Virus record (IMG/VR): IMGVR_UViG_3300027798_000043
Strand: one strand, 5' to 3'
Length of the DNA: 64,000 nt
Source: an uncultured virus (IMG/VR IMGVR_UViG_3300027798_000043)
Taxonomy: Duplodnaviria; Heunggongvirae; Uroviricota; Caudoviricetes; Crassvirales
A model generated the notes under the pieces. That model made no database searches and had not been told where the DNA came from. It saw only the letters and a program-made list of their open reading frames with translations. Of the stretch, positions 9,947-20,296 are shown piece by piece; position 1 is the first letter of the stretch, and every line of letters begins with the position of its first letter. The translations under genes were made by a program, and so were the position numbers.

Positions 9947-11437
9947 ATGGCAGTAATAACGCCTTCTCCAGCATTTGGTGCACTTATACCAAGTCAGACT
10001 CAAACTCCTAATCCAGGAAGTTATTTAACATTTGATTCCGCCTCAGGTGGGGGGACATTTGCAAAACAGTATTTACCAGAAATCTACGAACAAGAAGTAG
10101 AGAGATATGGTAATAGAACATTATCAGGATTCCTTCGTATGGTTGGAGCTGAAATGCCTATGCAATCTGATCAAGTTATTTGGTCTGAGCAAAATAGATT
10201 ACATGTTGCTTACAAAAACGTAACAATCGTTTCAGCAACAACTTTTAAATTTACAGTAGGTAGTGTTACTGATGGTAACGTTACGGCTACAGTTACAAAC
10301 GTTTTATCAAAAAATCAAACAGTAGTTATTATTAATCCAGCAACTGGGCGTGAAGTAAAAGCTATTATTACAGCGGTTGGCGCAGTAGTTTCAAATGAAG
10401 TTACAATTACAGTTGCTCCTTATTTATCAGCTTCTATTGTAACTGGTTCAGACGGGACTAATGGTATTCCGCTAACGACAGCTAGTTGTAGAGTATTCGT
10501 TTATGGTTCTGAATATGCTAAAGGATCTACTTTAACAAACGATTCTTACCTTAGTATTGACCCGTCTTTTACTCAATTTAACAATTCCCCTATTATAATC
10601 CGTAATAAATATACTATTAACGGATCTGATATGGCTCAAATTGGATGGGTAGAAGTTGCTACAGAAGCAGGCGCAAGCGGTTTCTTATGGTATCTAAAAG
10701 CAGAATCTGAAACTAGATTACGTTTTGAAGATTACTTGGAAATGGCGGTAATTGAAGGTGAAATTGCTTCTACAACACCTGGGGCTGCTGGAGATACAAC
10801 CAATAAGAAAAAAGGTACTGAAGGTCTTTTTGCGTCTGTTAAGAAACGAGGAAATACAGTTGCTGCTTTTGGCGGTACTGCAGCAGAAAATTTAACTAGT
10901 TTTGATAATATCTTAAAAAATCTAGATACCCAAGGAGCTATTGAAGAGAATATGCTTTTCCTTAATAGAGCTACCTCTTTAGAAATTGACACAATGTTAG
11001 CTGGGCAGAATTCTTATGGGTCAGGAGGCACTTCTTTTGGCGTATTTGAAAACTCTGAGCAAATGTCACTTAACTTAGGATTTACAGGCTTCCGTAGAGG
11101 GTCTTATGATTTCTATAAAACTGACTGGAAATACCTAAATGACGCTTCTACAAGAGGTGGTCTTGCTAGTGTAGGAGGCAATATTGATGGAGTTTTAGTT
11201 CCTGCGGGCACATCTACTGTATACGACCAACAATTAGGAACTAACATCCGTCGCCCATTCTTGCACGTTCGTTATAGAGCTTCACAAGCTGATGACCGTA
11301 AAATGAAGACTTGGGTATTAGGTTCTGCTGGTGGGGCTTATACTTCAGATACAGACGCAATGGAAGTACACTTCTTGTCTGAAAGATGTTTATGCGTACA
11401 AGGAGCAAACAATTTTGTATTGTTTACCGCAGTATAG
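9947..11437 (+). CDS. Major capsid protein
   Basis: 496 aa after scaffold, followed by a strong hairpin; QYLPEIYEQEVERYGNR, IWSEQNRLH, SERCLCVQGANNF as in Bacteroidota podophage MCPs. Confidence 0.85.
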   Translation: MAVITPSPAFGALIPSQTQTPNPGSYLTFDSASGGGTFAKQYLPEIYEQEVERYGNRTLSGFLRMVGAEMPMQSDQVIWSEQNRLHVAYKNVTIVSATTFKFTVGSVTDGNVTATVTNVLSKNQTVVIINPATGREVKAIITAVGAVVSNEVTITVAPYLSASIVTGSDGTNGIPLTTASCRVFVYGSEYAKGSTLTNDSYLSIDPSFTQFNNSPIIIRNKYTINGSDMAQIGWVEVATEAGASGFLWYLKAESETRLRFEDYLEMAVIEGEIASTTPGAAGDTTNKKKGTEGLFASVKKRGNTVAAFGGTAAENLTSFDNILKNLDTQGAIEENMLFLNRATSLEIDTMLAGQNSYGSGGTSFGVFENSEQMSLNLGFTGFRRGSYDFYKTDWKYLNDASTRGGLASVGGNIDGVLVPAGTSTVYDQQLGTNIRRPFLHVRYRASQADDRKMKTWVLGSAGGAYTSDTDAMEVHFLSERCLCVQGANNFVLFTAV

Positions 11438-11449
11438 TAATAAATAAAT

Positions 11450-11489
11450 GTAAATTTACCCTCACGGCAATAGTGAGGGTAATATTTAC
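11450..11489 (+). terminator. Hairpin after capsid gene
   Basis: TTACCCTCAC-GGCAATA-GTGAGGGTAA perfect 10-bp stem, extendable by GTAAAT/ATTTAC. Confidence 0.7.
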
Positions 11490-11523
11490 TAAATAAAAAT
11501 AATAATAAAAATTATATTATATC

Positions 11524-12291
11524 ATGTCAACAAAAGAAAAAGAACCGTTAAAAGTAAATTGGGAAATAAAAGATAGAACTTATATATTAAGTACAGGCTA
11601 TAATCCATTAACCCACACAATTCAATCAAAGCACTCATCCAGATATCCGTTTTTATGGTTTGATCCAGAAACAAAAGAGCAAAGAGAGTTAAGGTATGCC
11701 ACAAACCAGAATTCGCCATTTAAAGATGAGCAAAAAGGAGAATCTACAATGGGGCATATTGTATTTGAAGATGGCGCATTATTTGTTCCTAAAGAAAAAC
11801 AAAATTTACAAAAACTATTATCAATATATCATCCAGCAAAAAGCAATTCATACTATGAATTAGATGCAGTAGCAGATGCAGCGGATGAACTAGAAGATCT
11901 AGAATTAGAAATCAATGCCCTCAATATGGCAATGAATATTGAAATTGACCAGGCGGAAGCAATATTAAGAGTAGAGCTAGGTTCTAGGGTTACATCGATG
12001 ACTTCTAAGGAACTAAAAAGAGATTTACTATTATTTGCCCGTAACAATCCAGGTTTGTTCTTAGAACTAGCCAGTGACGATAATGTTCAACTGCGTAATG
12101 TAGCAATTAGAGCAGCTGAAGCGGGTATTATAAAACTTTCACAAGACCAGCGTACATTTACGTGGGGAACTAATGATAAAAAATTAATGACAGTGCCTTT
12201 TGATGAAAATCCATACTCAGCAATGGCAGCATTCTTTAAGACAGACGAAGGAGTAGAAATCTTTAAGTCTATAGAGAAAAAACTTAAATAA
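11524..12291 (+). CDS. Conserved phage protein (virion/morphogenesis)
   Basis: 255-aa ORF between capsid and tail ring genes. Confidence 0.7.
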   Translation: MSTKEKEPLKVNWEIKDRTYILSTGYNPLTHTIQSKHSSRYPFLWFDPETKEQRELRYATNQNSPFKDEQKGESTMGHIVFEDGALFVPKEKQNLQKLLSIYHPAKSNSYYELDAVADAADELEDLELEINALNMAMNIEIDQAEAILRVELGSRVTSMTSKELKRDLLLFARNNPGLFLELASDDNVQLRNVAIRAAEAGIIKLSQDQRTFTWGTNDKKLMTVPFDENPYSAMAAFFKTDEGVEIFKSIEKKLK

Positions 12292-12311
12292 TACGTAATA
12301 CTAATATATAG

Positions 12312-12352
12312 GCGGATATTGTAAATAAAACTGCAGTATCCGCTTATTTATT
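12312..12352 (+). terminator. Hairpin, terminator-like
   Basis: GCGGATATTGTA...TGCAGTATCCGC 12-bp stem (2 G-U) followed by TTATTTATT. Confidence 0.5.
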
Positions 12353-12367
12353 ATAAAAATATAGCAA

Positions 12368-13060
12368 ATGGCAGTAAGTGTAGATACAGTTTATAGAACA
12401 GTTTTATTAATACTTAATAAAGAACAAAGAGGGTATATGACACCTGATGAGTTTAATAAAATTGGCACCCAAGTACAACTTGAAATATATTCAAAATATT
12501 TTGAGGACCTAAATCAATTACTTAGAGTTCCCCAAACTGATTTAGATTATGCTGATCGCGTAGATTTGCTTGATGAAAAAATGGCTATATTTAAAAGAAG
12601 CCAATCTTTATCATCACCAACTTCAGACGGATATACTTTACCTACCGATTTACAAGAGTTGGGCAGCGTTGTATACAATAGCACAGAAATGCAAAGAGTT
12701 CAGAGAAATGAGTTCTATAATCTTTACAGATCAAAACTTACAAAGCCTTCAAGTTCTTATCCAATATACTTATACGAGAATAGTCTTGTAAAAGTATATC
12801 CGGAAACTATAACTTCGGGAGTTAGCGTTAACTATTTAAAATTTCCAACCCCAATTGTTTGGGGATTTACTGTTAATAATAATTTGGGTAATTATGTATA
12901 TAGCTCCTCGTTGTCTACAAACTTTGAATTACACCAATCCGAGCAAACAGAATTAGTAATAAGAATATTAGAGTATGCAGGTATTGTTATTAGAGATCCT
13001 CAAGTTATTCAAATAGCAGCACAAAAAGTACAACAGGATAATATGAATGAAAAACAATAA
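12368..13060 (+). CDS. Tail ring/adaptor (tubular A-like) protein
   Basis: 230 aa, LILNKEQRGYMTPDEFN, VNYLKFP..IVWG, FELHQSEQTELV; position after capsid. Confidence 0.6.
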   Translation: MAVSVDTVYRTVLLILNKEQRGYMTPDEFNKIGTQVQLEIYSKYFEDLNQLLRVPQTDLDYADRVDLLDEKMAIFKRSQSLSSPTSDGYTLPTDLQELGSVVYNSTEMQRVQRNEFYNLYRSKLTKPSSSYPIYLYENSLVKVYPETITSGVSVNYLKFPTPIVWGFTVNNNLGNYVYSSSLSTNFELHQSEQTELVIRILEYAGIVIRDPQVIQIAAQKVQQDNMNEKQ

Positions 13061-13066
13061 TAAGAT

Positions 13067-14281
13067 ATGGCACTTCTAAATAATGGCATAATAACTGAAA
13101 GTAATAGACAATATTATGAAGGCGCACAAAGCATAACATTAACAGGCACGACTTATGGCCTTGTTTTTGAAGGCTTTGATACTCCATTCGTTTTATATAC
13201 TATGGATGTTAATGATGATAATTATGCACTTAACAACTTTAAATTATATAAGAGTACTGACAACGGTCTAACTTTTAATGAGGATTTTACAGCACAACAA
13301 ATATATAATGGTAATACCATATATATAAATTCAAGCGGATCTGCGGGTGATATATATACCGTACAATTAAAAAGATTAGAAGGAGGTAAATATGGCGACA
13401 ATGACGCATTCGGTACTGTTGTTGAAGAAAACTATGGTAGCTACGCTTATATTACATTAGACGATATTATAAATAACTTTCTTATCGCCTACGTTGGAGC
13501 GGGGAAATTAATATCTGACGTTAAACGTACAGATGTAATATTCCATGCCAAACGTGGCATGCAGGAGTTTAGTTACGACACTTTAAGAAGTATAAAATCT
13601 CAAGAGTTAACTATACCTCCAAGTCTAAACGTAATAATACCACAAGACTACGTGAACTACGTTAAGATCTCCCGTATTGATGGAAATGGGGTTAAGCATA
13701 TTATATATCCTGGTATGTTAAATGGTTCGCCATATACAATGCCAATCCAAGACACGGAAGGAATACCGGTACAAGATACTTTCGACACTAATATAACAGG
13801 CACTTCTATAATGGAGGAGCGCTGGAAAGCCGACAAGCCCACATCAAACCAAGTTAGAGATAGATTATCTAGTTTGAACTTTAATGATCAAGGAGCAAAT
13901 ACCTATAATTACCTAGGACAGCGATACGGTATGGATACTGCAAATGCTAATTTTAACGGAACTTTCATTATGAATGATAGAGAAGGTAAAATATCATTTA
14001 GTAGTGATCTAGTTGGATCATTAATACTATTAGAATATATTTCAGATGGGTTAGCTTATGATTTAGATACAAGAGTGCCTAAAATGGCAGAAGAAGCTTT
14101 ATATGCTCATATTATACACGCTATATTATCCACAAGGTCTAATCAACCTGAATATGTGGTGCAAAGATTAAAACAAGAAAAATTTGCTAAACTAAGAAAT
14201 GCTAAACTAAGATTATCTAATATTAAATTAGAAGAATTTACAAAAGCATTACGAGGTCAATATAAATGGATTAAACATTAA
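13067..14281 (+). CDS. Tail ring/connector protein
   Basis: IPQDYVNYVKIS, LILLEYISDG, AEEALYAHI patterns of podovirus ring proteins; position. Confidence 0.6.
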   Translation: MALLNNGIITESNRQYYEGAQSITLTGTTYGLVFEGFDTPFVLYTMDVNDDNYALNNFKLYKSTDNGLTFNEDFTAQQIYNGNTIYINSSGSAGDIYTVQLKRLEGGKYGDNDAFGTVVEENYGSYAYITLDDIINNFLIAYVGAGKLISDVKRTDVIFHAKRGMQEFSYDTLRSIKSQELTIPPSLNVIIPQDYVNYVKISRIDGNGVKHIIYPGMLNGSPYTMPIQDTEGIPVQDTFDTNITGTSIMEERWKADKPTSNQVRDRLSSLNFNDQGANTYNYLGQRYGMDTANANFNGTFIMNDREGKISFSSDLVGSLILLEYISDGLAYDLDTRVPKMAEEALYAHIIHAILSTRSNQPEYVVQRLKQEKFAKLRNAKLRLSNIKLEEFTKALRGQYKWIKH

Positions 14282-14285
14282 ATAG

Positions 14286-17200
14286 ATGGCAGAAATCAAG
14301 AATAGTTTTACATCGTCTAAAATGAATCAAGATTTAGATGATAGATTAGTGCCGTCTAATGAATATAGGGAAGGGCGTAATATATCTATAATAAGTTCAA
14401 ATAATAGTAATACAGGTTCTATTGAAAATATATTAGGAAATGATTTAGTTGCAGATCTTATTATTAATTTTGATAATTTAAACTTTGAAATTATTGGGTA
14501 TACATATAATCAAACTGCCGGTATATTATATGCGATGGCAACTAATTATACAGATACATCCCTTAATCAATTAGACAATCCACAATCGTATATGTGGGCC
14601 ACTGATTATGCTAATTATGAAGATACATTATCTAGAATAATACAAATAAACTTAAATAATAAAGAAGTTAAAACATTAGTTAGTGGAAAGTTTCTTAACT
14701 TTTCAAAAACACATCCAATTACCGGTATTAATCTTATTGAAAATTTATTATTTTGGACTGATAATAGAAATCAACCTAGAAAAATAAACGTTAATACCGC
14801 CTATAATGACGGAAACTACTATATAAATGAAGATCAAATATCAGTTGCAAAATACGCTCCTATTTCGTCTATTGAATTTATAAATGGAGGGGTTTGCACA
14901 ATGCGGGATGTTGTAAGTAAATTCCTCCCCGATGGAAGCGATAATCCTTATTGGGCCAACACAGGTGGATTGAATCCGGTTGGAAATTACGCCGGTGACC
15001 CCTCGTATTTACAAGACAAATTTGTTAGGTTTAGTTATAGGTTTAGATTTGATGATGGAGAGTATTCTATACTTGCTCCATTTTCACAAATAGCTTTTAT
15101 ACCCCAGCAAGATGGTTCATTTATAACTGACGGCGCATTATCTGATGAGAATGAAGCTTATAGAAGTTCTATTGTTAGTTTTATGAAAAATAAGGTTAGC
15201 GAAATAGGATTAATTATACCATTGCCAACAATTGGGTCCTCGTTAGAAGCCTTGTATAAGGCAACAGAAATTGACATAATATACAAGGAATCAGATAGTT
15301 TGGCAATACAAATATTGGATACAATATTAGCTAGCGAATTATCTAGTGTAAATGAAAATTATTATAACTACGATTACCAATCTCGTAAACCAAAAACAAC
15401 CTTGTCAGGTGATCAATTACTTAGAGTGTATGATAAAGTGCCTGTTAGAGCGCTTGCCCAAGAGACATCGGGAGGAAGGGTTATTTATGGTAATTATATA
15501 GATAAGCATACGCCTCCTACAGCAATTGATTATAAAGTTGGAATAAACGCAAAACTAGTAGACGGTGATATATCAATTGAATATCCGTTACATACAGTAA
15601 AGCAAAATAGGAACTATCAAGTTGGCATTATATTGTCCGATAAATTTGGTAGACAATCGGATGTGATATTGTCTTCTATTGCTAACAGTCAAACGGTTGA
15701 TGGAACATTTTTTGGAGGGTCAAGCTTTTATTCGCCGTACTTAAGCCCTAATCCTAATGTATTAACCTTCTTTGGTAATTCAATAAAAGTATTATTTGAT
15801 AATTTTATAACTAGTAATAGAGAACCTCTCAACGACAGAGGCGTTCCTGCAACTGGAGAACCTGGTTTATATGCAAAAGGGAGTTTTCTTGAATCTTTTT
15901 CTGTAATAAATACAACGTATGCTCTTGTTCCTGGGACATACATTCACACGCTAGCTCTAGTATTAACGGGGCCTTTAAGCGGCGTAACGCCAGCTTATTT
16001 CGATGTTGTTGTTGGACTTGACGGTACCGTTTCAAGTATTATACTAAACGAATCTGTAAATGAGGTTACAATAGGAACGGAAGCTTTATTATACGATGTT
16101 CCACGTTCAACTCCTGTTGTTGATGGTAGGCCAATTATTAGAGTAAATAGTGTTACAAAAGAAAATCCTACAGGTTGGTATTCATATAAGATAGTTGTTA
16201 AACAAACGCAACAAGAGTACTATAATGTATACGTTCCTGGGGCGTTAAGTGGTTATCCAGCCACAGCTACTACAACTTTCCCAACAGGCGAAGATACAAA
16301 GACTAGTCATGTTGTATTATTTAGTGATAATATAAACAAAGTACCTAGAGATTTATCTGAAGTGGGCCCGGATCAAAAACAATATAGAAGTTCTATAAGA
16401 TTATTTGGTAGAGTTAAAAATGATTCAGCAACAAGTAATACGCAATTTATACCTACAAAAGAGGGCTTCAGTGTACCCACATTGGCTAACGCTTCAGATT
16501 TAACAATGAGTGCCGGGGATATAACTTCTGATGGTAATTTTTATCAATTAAATACTAATCCTATAATAGGTAGAATATCTACAAACGGCGCGCAATTTGG
16601 GGTTACTAATACAACTATGGTTCCTTACCTTTCCGTGTTAGAAACAAACCCTGTAATATCTAATATAGATATTTATTGGGAAACATCTTCTACCGGCTTA
16701 ATATCAGAATTAAACGATTTAATAGCGCAAAATTTTGAAGGTGCATATTCATTCATAGATGTTAATTATTCTCAATTTGAATGGCAAGATCCTGACCCGG
16801 CAATAGATTCTGGCAATACAGGAGAGGCAGACTGCAAATATGTTACTGATTGGTTTTACCCTGTAACTTATACAAATATTACATTAGCAAGTACAATCAA
16901 CGGAACGATTGTTAGTGTAAAAAATGCTAATGGAAGCGATGTAACCGGCTTTGCTTTAGAGTCAAGTACTATTGGAGGCATTAATAAATATAGAATAAAA
17001 ATAACTAATAATTTCTATTATAATATAGCTACAAACTTAAACCAATTTAAGTTTATATTAGCGGTAACAGACCCGCTTTCTTCTACAACAAATAATATTA
17101 CTATAAAAGGAGACTTAGACAATATTGCTCCGACTATAAATGCTTTTACAATACCTCTACTATATACTGGTACAACTAGTATTTACACATTTACAGGGGT

Positions 17201-17513
17201 AAATGGTTCTTTTGGGAATGTTCCAGCCTCGCCTCCATATACGTCTACAACAACTAGCGATTTAAAATGGACGTTTGAAGACGGAGCCGAGACGTTTACC
17301 GGGGGAATTGGAGTTAGTGAATTTACCTTAACAATAAACGCAAATTCAATTCCTGGATACTTAGCAGTAACGGCGGGTAATCCAAGAACATTAGAAACAC
17401 CAACAATAGTATTAATAGACTCTGGAAACGCAATAGACACAGCCACTTTATCATTAGATTTTAGACCTGGCGAGTTTAATCCAATACAATTTAACTTAGA
17501 TTTTAACTTATAA
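14286..17513 (+). CDS. Tail nozzle/stabilisation protein, N-terminal part
   Basis: KMNQDLDDRL..NEYR..RN start, LLFWTDNRNQPRKIN, FSYRFRFDDGEYS..APFS, YGNY: beta-propeller nozzle (P22 gp10/crAss muzzle-like). Confidence 0.7.
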   Translation: MAEIKNSFTSSKMNQDLDDRLVPSNEYREGRNISIISSNNSNTGSIENILGNDLVADLIINFDNLNFEIIGYTYNQTAGILYAMATNYTDTSLNQLDNPQSYMWATDYANYEDTLSRIIQINLNNKEVKTLVSGKFLNFSKTHPITGINLIENLLFWTDNRNQPRKINVNTAYNDGNYYINEDQISVAKYAPISSIEFINGGVCTMRDVVSKFLPDGSDNPYWANTGGLNPVGNYAGDPSYLQDKFVRFSYRFRFDDGEYSILAPFSQIAFIPQQDGSFITDGALSDENEAYRSSIVSFMKNKVSEIGLIIPLPTIGSSLEALYKATEIDIIYKESDSLAIQILDTILASELSSVNENYYNYDYQSRKPKTTLSGDQLLRVYDKVPVRALAQETSGGRVIYGNYIDKHTPPTAIDYKVGINAKLVDGDISIEYPLHTVKQNRNYQVGIILSDKFGRQSDVILSSIANSQTVDGTFFGGSSFYSPYLSPNPNVLTFFGNSIKVLFDNFITSNREPLNDRGVPATGEPGLYAKGSFLESFSVINTTYALVPGTYIHTLALVLTGPLSGVTPAYFDVVVGLDGTVSSIILNESVNEVTIGTEALLYDVPRSTPVVDGRPIIRVNSVTKENPTGWYSYKIVVKQTQQEYYNVYVPGALSGYPATATTTFPTGEDTKTSHVVLFSDNINKVPRDLSEVGPDQKQYRSSIRLFGRVKNDSATSNTQFIPTKEGFSVPTLANASDLTMSAGDITSDGNFYQLNTNPIIGRISTNGAQFGVTNTTMVPYLSVLETNPVISNIDIYWETSSTGLISELNDLIAQNFEGAYSFIDVNYSQFEWQDPDPAIDSGNTGEADCKYVTDWFYPVTYTNITLASTINGTIVSVKNANGSDVTGFALESSTIGGINKYRIKITNNFYYNIATNLNQFKFILAVTDPLSSTTNNITIKGDLDNIAPTINAFTIPLLYTGTTSIYTFTGVNGSFGNVPASPPYTSTTTSDLKWTFEDGAETFTGGIGVSEFTLTINANSIPGYLAVTAGNPRTLETPTIVLIDSGNAIDTATLSLDFRPGEFNPIQFNLDFNL

Positions 17514-17523
17514 TAATAGCAAT

Positions 17524-18462
17524 ATGGCAATACCGGTAAATAAACAAACATTAGACACAAAAATAAATACTGATTTAGCAAATAATTCAACTCAAGCAAT
17601 CACAGCAGCGGTATTACGTGATACATTAACGCCAATAGTAAATAGCACATTTGGCTTAAAAACTATATGGGCAGGATATATAGCCAGTCAACGTAGATGG
17701 GTTAATAGCTCTGGACAAGATTATGTTGCAATATTTGTATGTGAAAGATATTATGACCCTAATTATTTCCCCGCTTTAGATCCCAATAGTCTAGATACTA
17801 CAATATATAATCAAGCGGCCTACTCAGCACCGGGTTGTAGATATAAGATAACTAATTCTGGTGTTAATTTAGTTAATGGTGAATTTTCTAATGTTGAGAC
17901 TGTTATAAAAAATTCCACTGAAAACACCGGAAATATTGGGAATGGATTAACTTTTGATGTAAAGGTAGAAGGCGGAGTACTTAGAGCTATTAAGGTTAAG
18001 AATACTGGCTCTGGTTATTGTTGGGGGCGATATGGTTCTCAAGTGTCCGGCCTGTACCAACCATCATATAAGTCAACTATTGTGGAACTAGTATTAAACT
18101 ATACTGGAATTGGGAATAGGCCAGAAATTACAATAGATTTATCAAGTGTAATCGATTCTGATAGGCGTGTTGCAACATCAGGATCAAATTTTGGCGGTCA
18201 GGCTTTAAATTTATTTATTCCGCAAGCCGGACCAAGTATTGGACTTGGATCATCAATATGGCTAGGCTCAGATGGAGCAAATGGCAGAACAGGAAATATA
18301 TGTACCCCGGATAGTTCATATAATACATATTATCCAAATGTAAATAATAATCCGCTTGTGCCGGGTTATTATAAATCTGGATTTTTTACAGTTGGAACAG
18401 ACTGGGCTCTCCAAGGTAATAACTTAGAAATTAAAGTTCCTATAATTAATACAACTATATAA
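17524..18462 (+). CDS. Putative tail accessory/spike protein
   Basis: 312 aa beta-rich, KVEGGVLRAIKVKNTGSGY motif typical of virion appendages. Confidence 0.5.
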   Translation: MAIPVNKQTLDTKINTDLANNSTQAITAAVLRDTLTPIVNSTFGLKTIWAGYIASQRRWVNSSGQDYVAIFVCERYYDPNYFPALDPNSLDTTIYNQAAYSAPGCRYKITNSGVNLVNGEFSNVETVIKNSTENTGNIGNGLTFDVKVEGGVLRAIKVKNTGSGYCWGRYGSQVSGLYQPSYKSTIVELVLNYTGIGNRPEITIDLSSVIDSDRRVATSGSNFGGQALNLFIPQAGPSIGLGSSIWLGSDGANGRTGNICTPDSSYNTYYPNVNNNPLVPGYYKSGFFTVGTDWALQGNNLEIKVPIINTTI

Positions 18463-18471
18463 AAATAATAT

Positions 18472-19836
18472 ATGCCAGCAATTATAGAAGTAAAATATTT
18501 TAATTCGTTTATATTAGCTAAAACAGTTAATGGAAGTGGTGATCCGGTCTGGAGAGGTACTTCACCATTAACAGATGTTCCAGCTAAAAACTGGTTTATT
18601 GAAGAATCTAGAATCACGGGTGGTTATAATAATACATCCGTAGATTTTGGAGCAAAAGCATATTTAGTTAGTAAGCGAAATAATGCTTCTATTAGAAGTA
18701 ACTCTATGATATATTCTGGTGTATATAACTCTAGAACTGGTGTTAATAATACAAATCAATTTTCTGTTGCTTTAGACATATCAAGAAGCGCTGATCCAAA
18801 TTATGGTTCAATACAAAAGTTATACTCGGAAGATACAAACTTAACTATATTCCAAGAAAATAAAGTAAGTAGAGCATTAATTGATAAAGATGCAATATAT
18901 TCTGCTGAAGGTTCTGCTATTACTACTTCTGGAGTCCAAGTAATAGGTCAGATTCAAGCTTACACCGGGGAATGGGGCATAAGTAAGGATCCTAGAAGTT
19001 TTGCGGTTTATGGCTATCAGAAATACTTCACAGACAGGAACAATAACGCTGTTTTGCGTTTATCTAGTGACGGTATAACGGAGATATCCAATTACGGTAT
19101 GAAATACTTCTTTACAAAAGCGTTGTCAACATTAGGTGAAGGAAAAATAATAGCTGGGTATGATGTTGTAAATAAAAGTTATATATTATCTTTGCAATCT
19201 ACTGTTGGTACATACAATACTTTAGCTTTTGATGAAACGATTAATGGGTGGACTAGTTTCTATGATTATAAACCATCTAATATATTTAGCGTTAATTCTA
19301 ACTACTATACTACAAAGAATAGTAGTTTATACAAACATAATCAGGAGGGATTAACGTCTGATAATAGAGGAGTATTCTACGGCGTCCGTTACCCAGCAAA
19401 AGTAACTTTGATACTAAACTCAGATCCGTCTGTGTCTAAGGTGTTCAAGACTATAAACTATGAAGGTAGTAATGGGTGGGAAGTTACTTCAGTATATTCA
19501 CAATCTAATGTTGGTAATGGATCACCTGACTATGGTAAAAATATATTAAGTTACAACGAAGGTGCTTACGATTCTGCTGATCCACAGAATGAGGGTATTA
19601 ATGCCGTAGTACATCCTATCTATCATGCTGGCTTTAATCGTAAAGAAGGCAAATTTTTCGCGAATATTATTAATAACAGCTTTGCTACAGATGGAGAAGT
19701 GGTTTTTGGTAATTCAATGTCTGGTATTAAAGGATTCTTTAGCACTGTGGCCATGCAAACAGACAACTCAACTGGTCTTGGCAGATTCAAAGAACTATAC
19801 GCAGTATCCTCAGAATATATAGAATCATCATACTAA
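18472..19836 (+). CDS. Tail nozzle/stabilisation protein, C-terminal part
   Basis: YGSIQKL, FQENKVS, GISKDPRSFA..G..KYFTD, GWTSFYDY, KVFKTINYEG, GIKGFF, ELYAVSSE motifs. Confidence 0.7.
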   Translation: MPAIIEVKYFNSFILAKTVNGSGDPVWRGTSPLTDVPAKNWFIEESRITGGYNNTSVDFGAKAYLVSKRNNASIRSNSMIYSGVYNSRTGVNNTNQFSVALDISRSADPNYGSIQKLYSEDTNLTIFQENKVSRALIDKDAIYSAEGSAITTSGVQVIGQIQAYTGEWGISKDPRSFAVYGYQKYFTDRNNNAVLRLSSDGITEISNYGMKYFFTKALSTLGEGKIIAGYDVVNKSYILSLQSTVGTYNTLAFDETINGWTSFYDYKPSNIFSVNSNYYTTKNSSLYKHNQEGLTSDNRGVFYGVRYPAKVTLILNSDPSVSKVFKTINYEGSNGWEVTSVYSQSNVGNGSPDYGKNILSYNEGAYDSADPQNEGINAVVHPIYHAGFNRKEGKFFANIINNSFATDGEVVFGNSMSGIKGFFSTVAMQTDNSTGLGRFKELYAVSSEYIESSY

Positions 19837-19846
19837 ATCAAATTAA

Positions 19847-20296
19847 ATGACCGACGCTTTAATCACGAAAGAATTCATAGACAAAGTAGAAAATCTACAA
19901 GAAGCAATGTTAAATTTTGACTCTGATCTAATAGCAAAAGGTAATTCAGATATGTTTCCATTAAAGCATACTTTTGCAGAAGGAATTTATGTAAGAGAGA
20001 TGTTTATACAAGAAGGCGGGTTGATAATAGGTAGAGTGCATAAGAATGATCACATTTGGTTTTTGTTAACAGGAGAACTAGAAATTGCCACTGATAATGG
20101 CCCTGAATTATATATTGGACCTTGTTACATAAAAGCACCGGCTGGAACTAAAAGGGTACTTCACGCAATTACAGATTCAATCTTTGTTAATGTATATCCT
20201 AATCCAACCAACAATACAAATATAGAAGAACTTGAAGGTAACCTAACGTGTATCTACTATAGTACTTATGAAAAATATAAACTTTTAAATAAATAA
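19847..20296 (+). CDS. Cupin-fold protein
   Basis: HTFAEGIYVREMFI..G.LIIG.VHK..H...LL.G ... APAGTKRV cupin pattern. Confidence 0.65.
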   Translation: MTDALITKEFIDKVENLQEAMLNFDSDLIAKGNSDMFPLKHTFAEGIYVREMFIQEGGLIIGRVHKNDHIWFLLTGELEIATDNGPELYIGPCYIKAPAGTKRVLHAITDSIFVNVYPNPTNNTNIEELEGNLTCIYYSTYEKYKLLNK

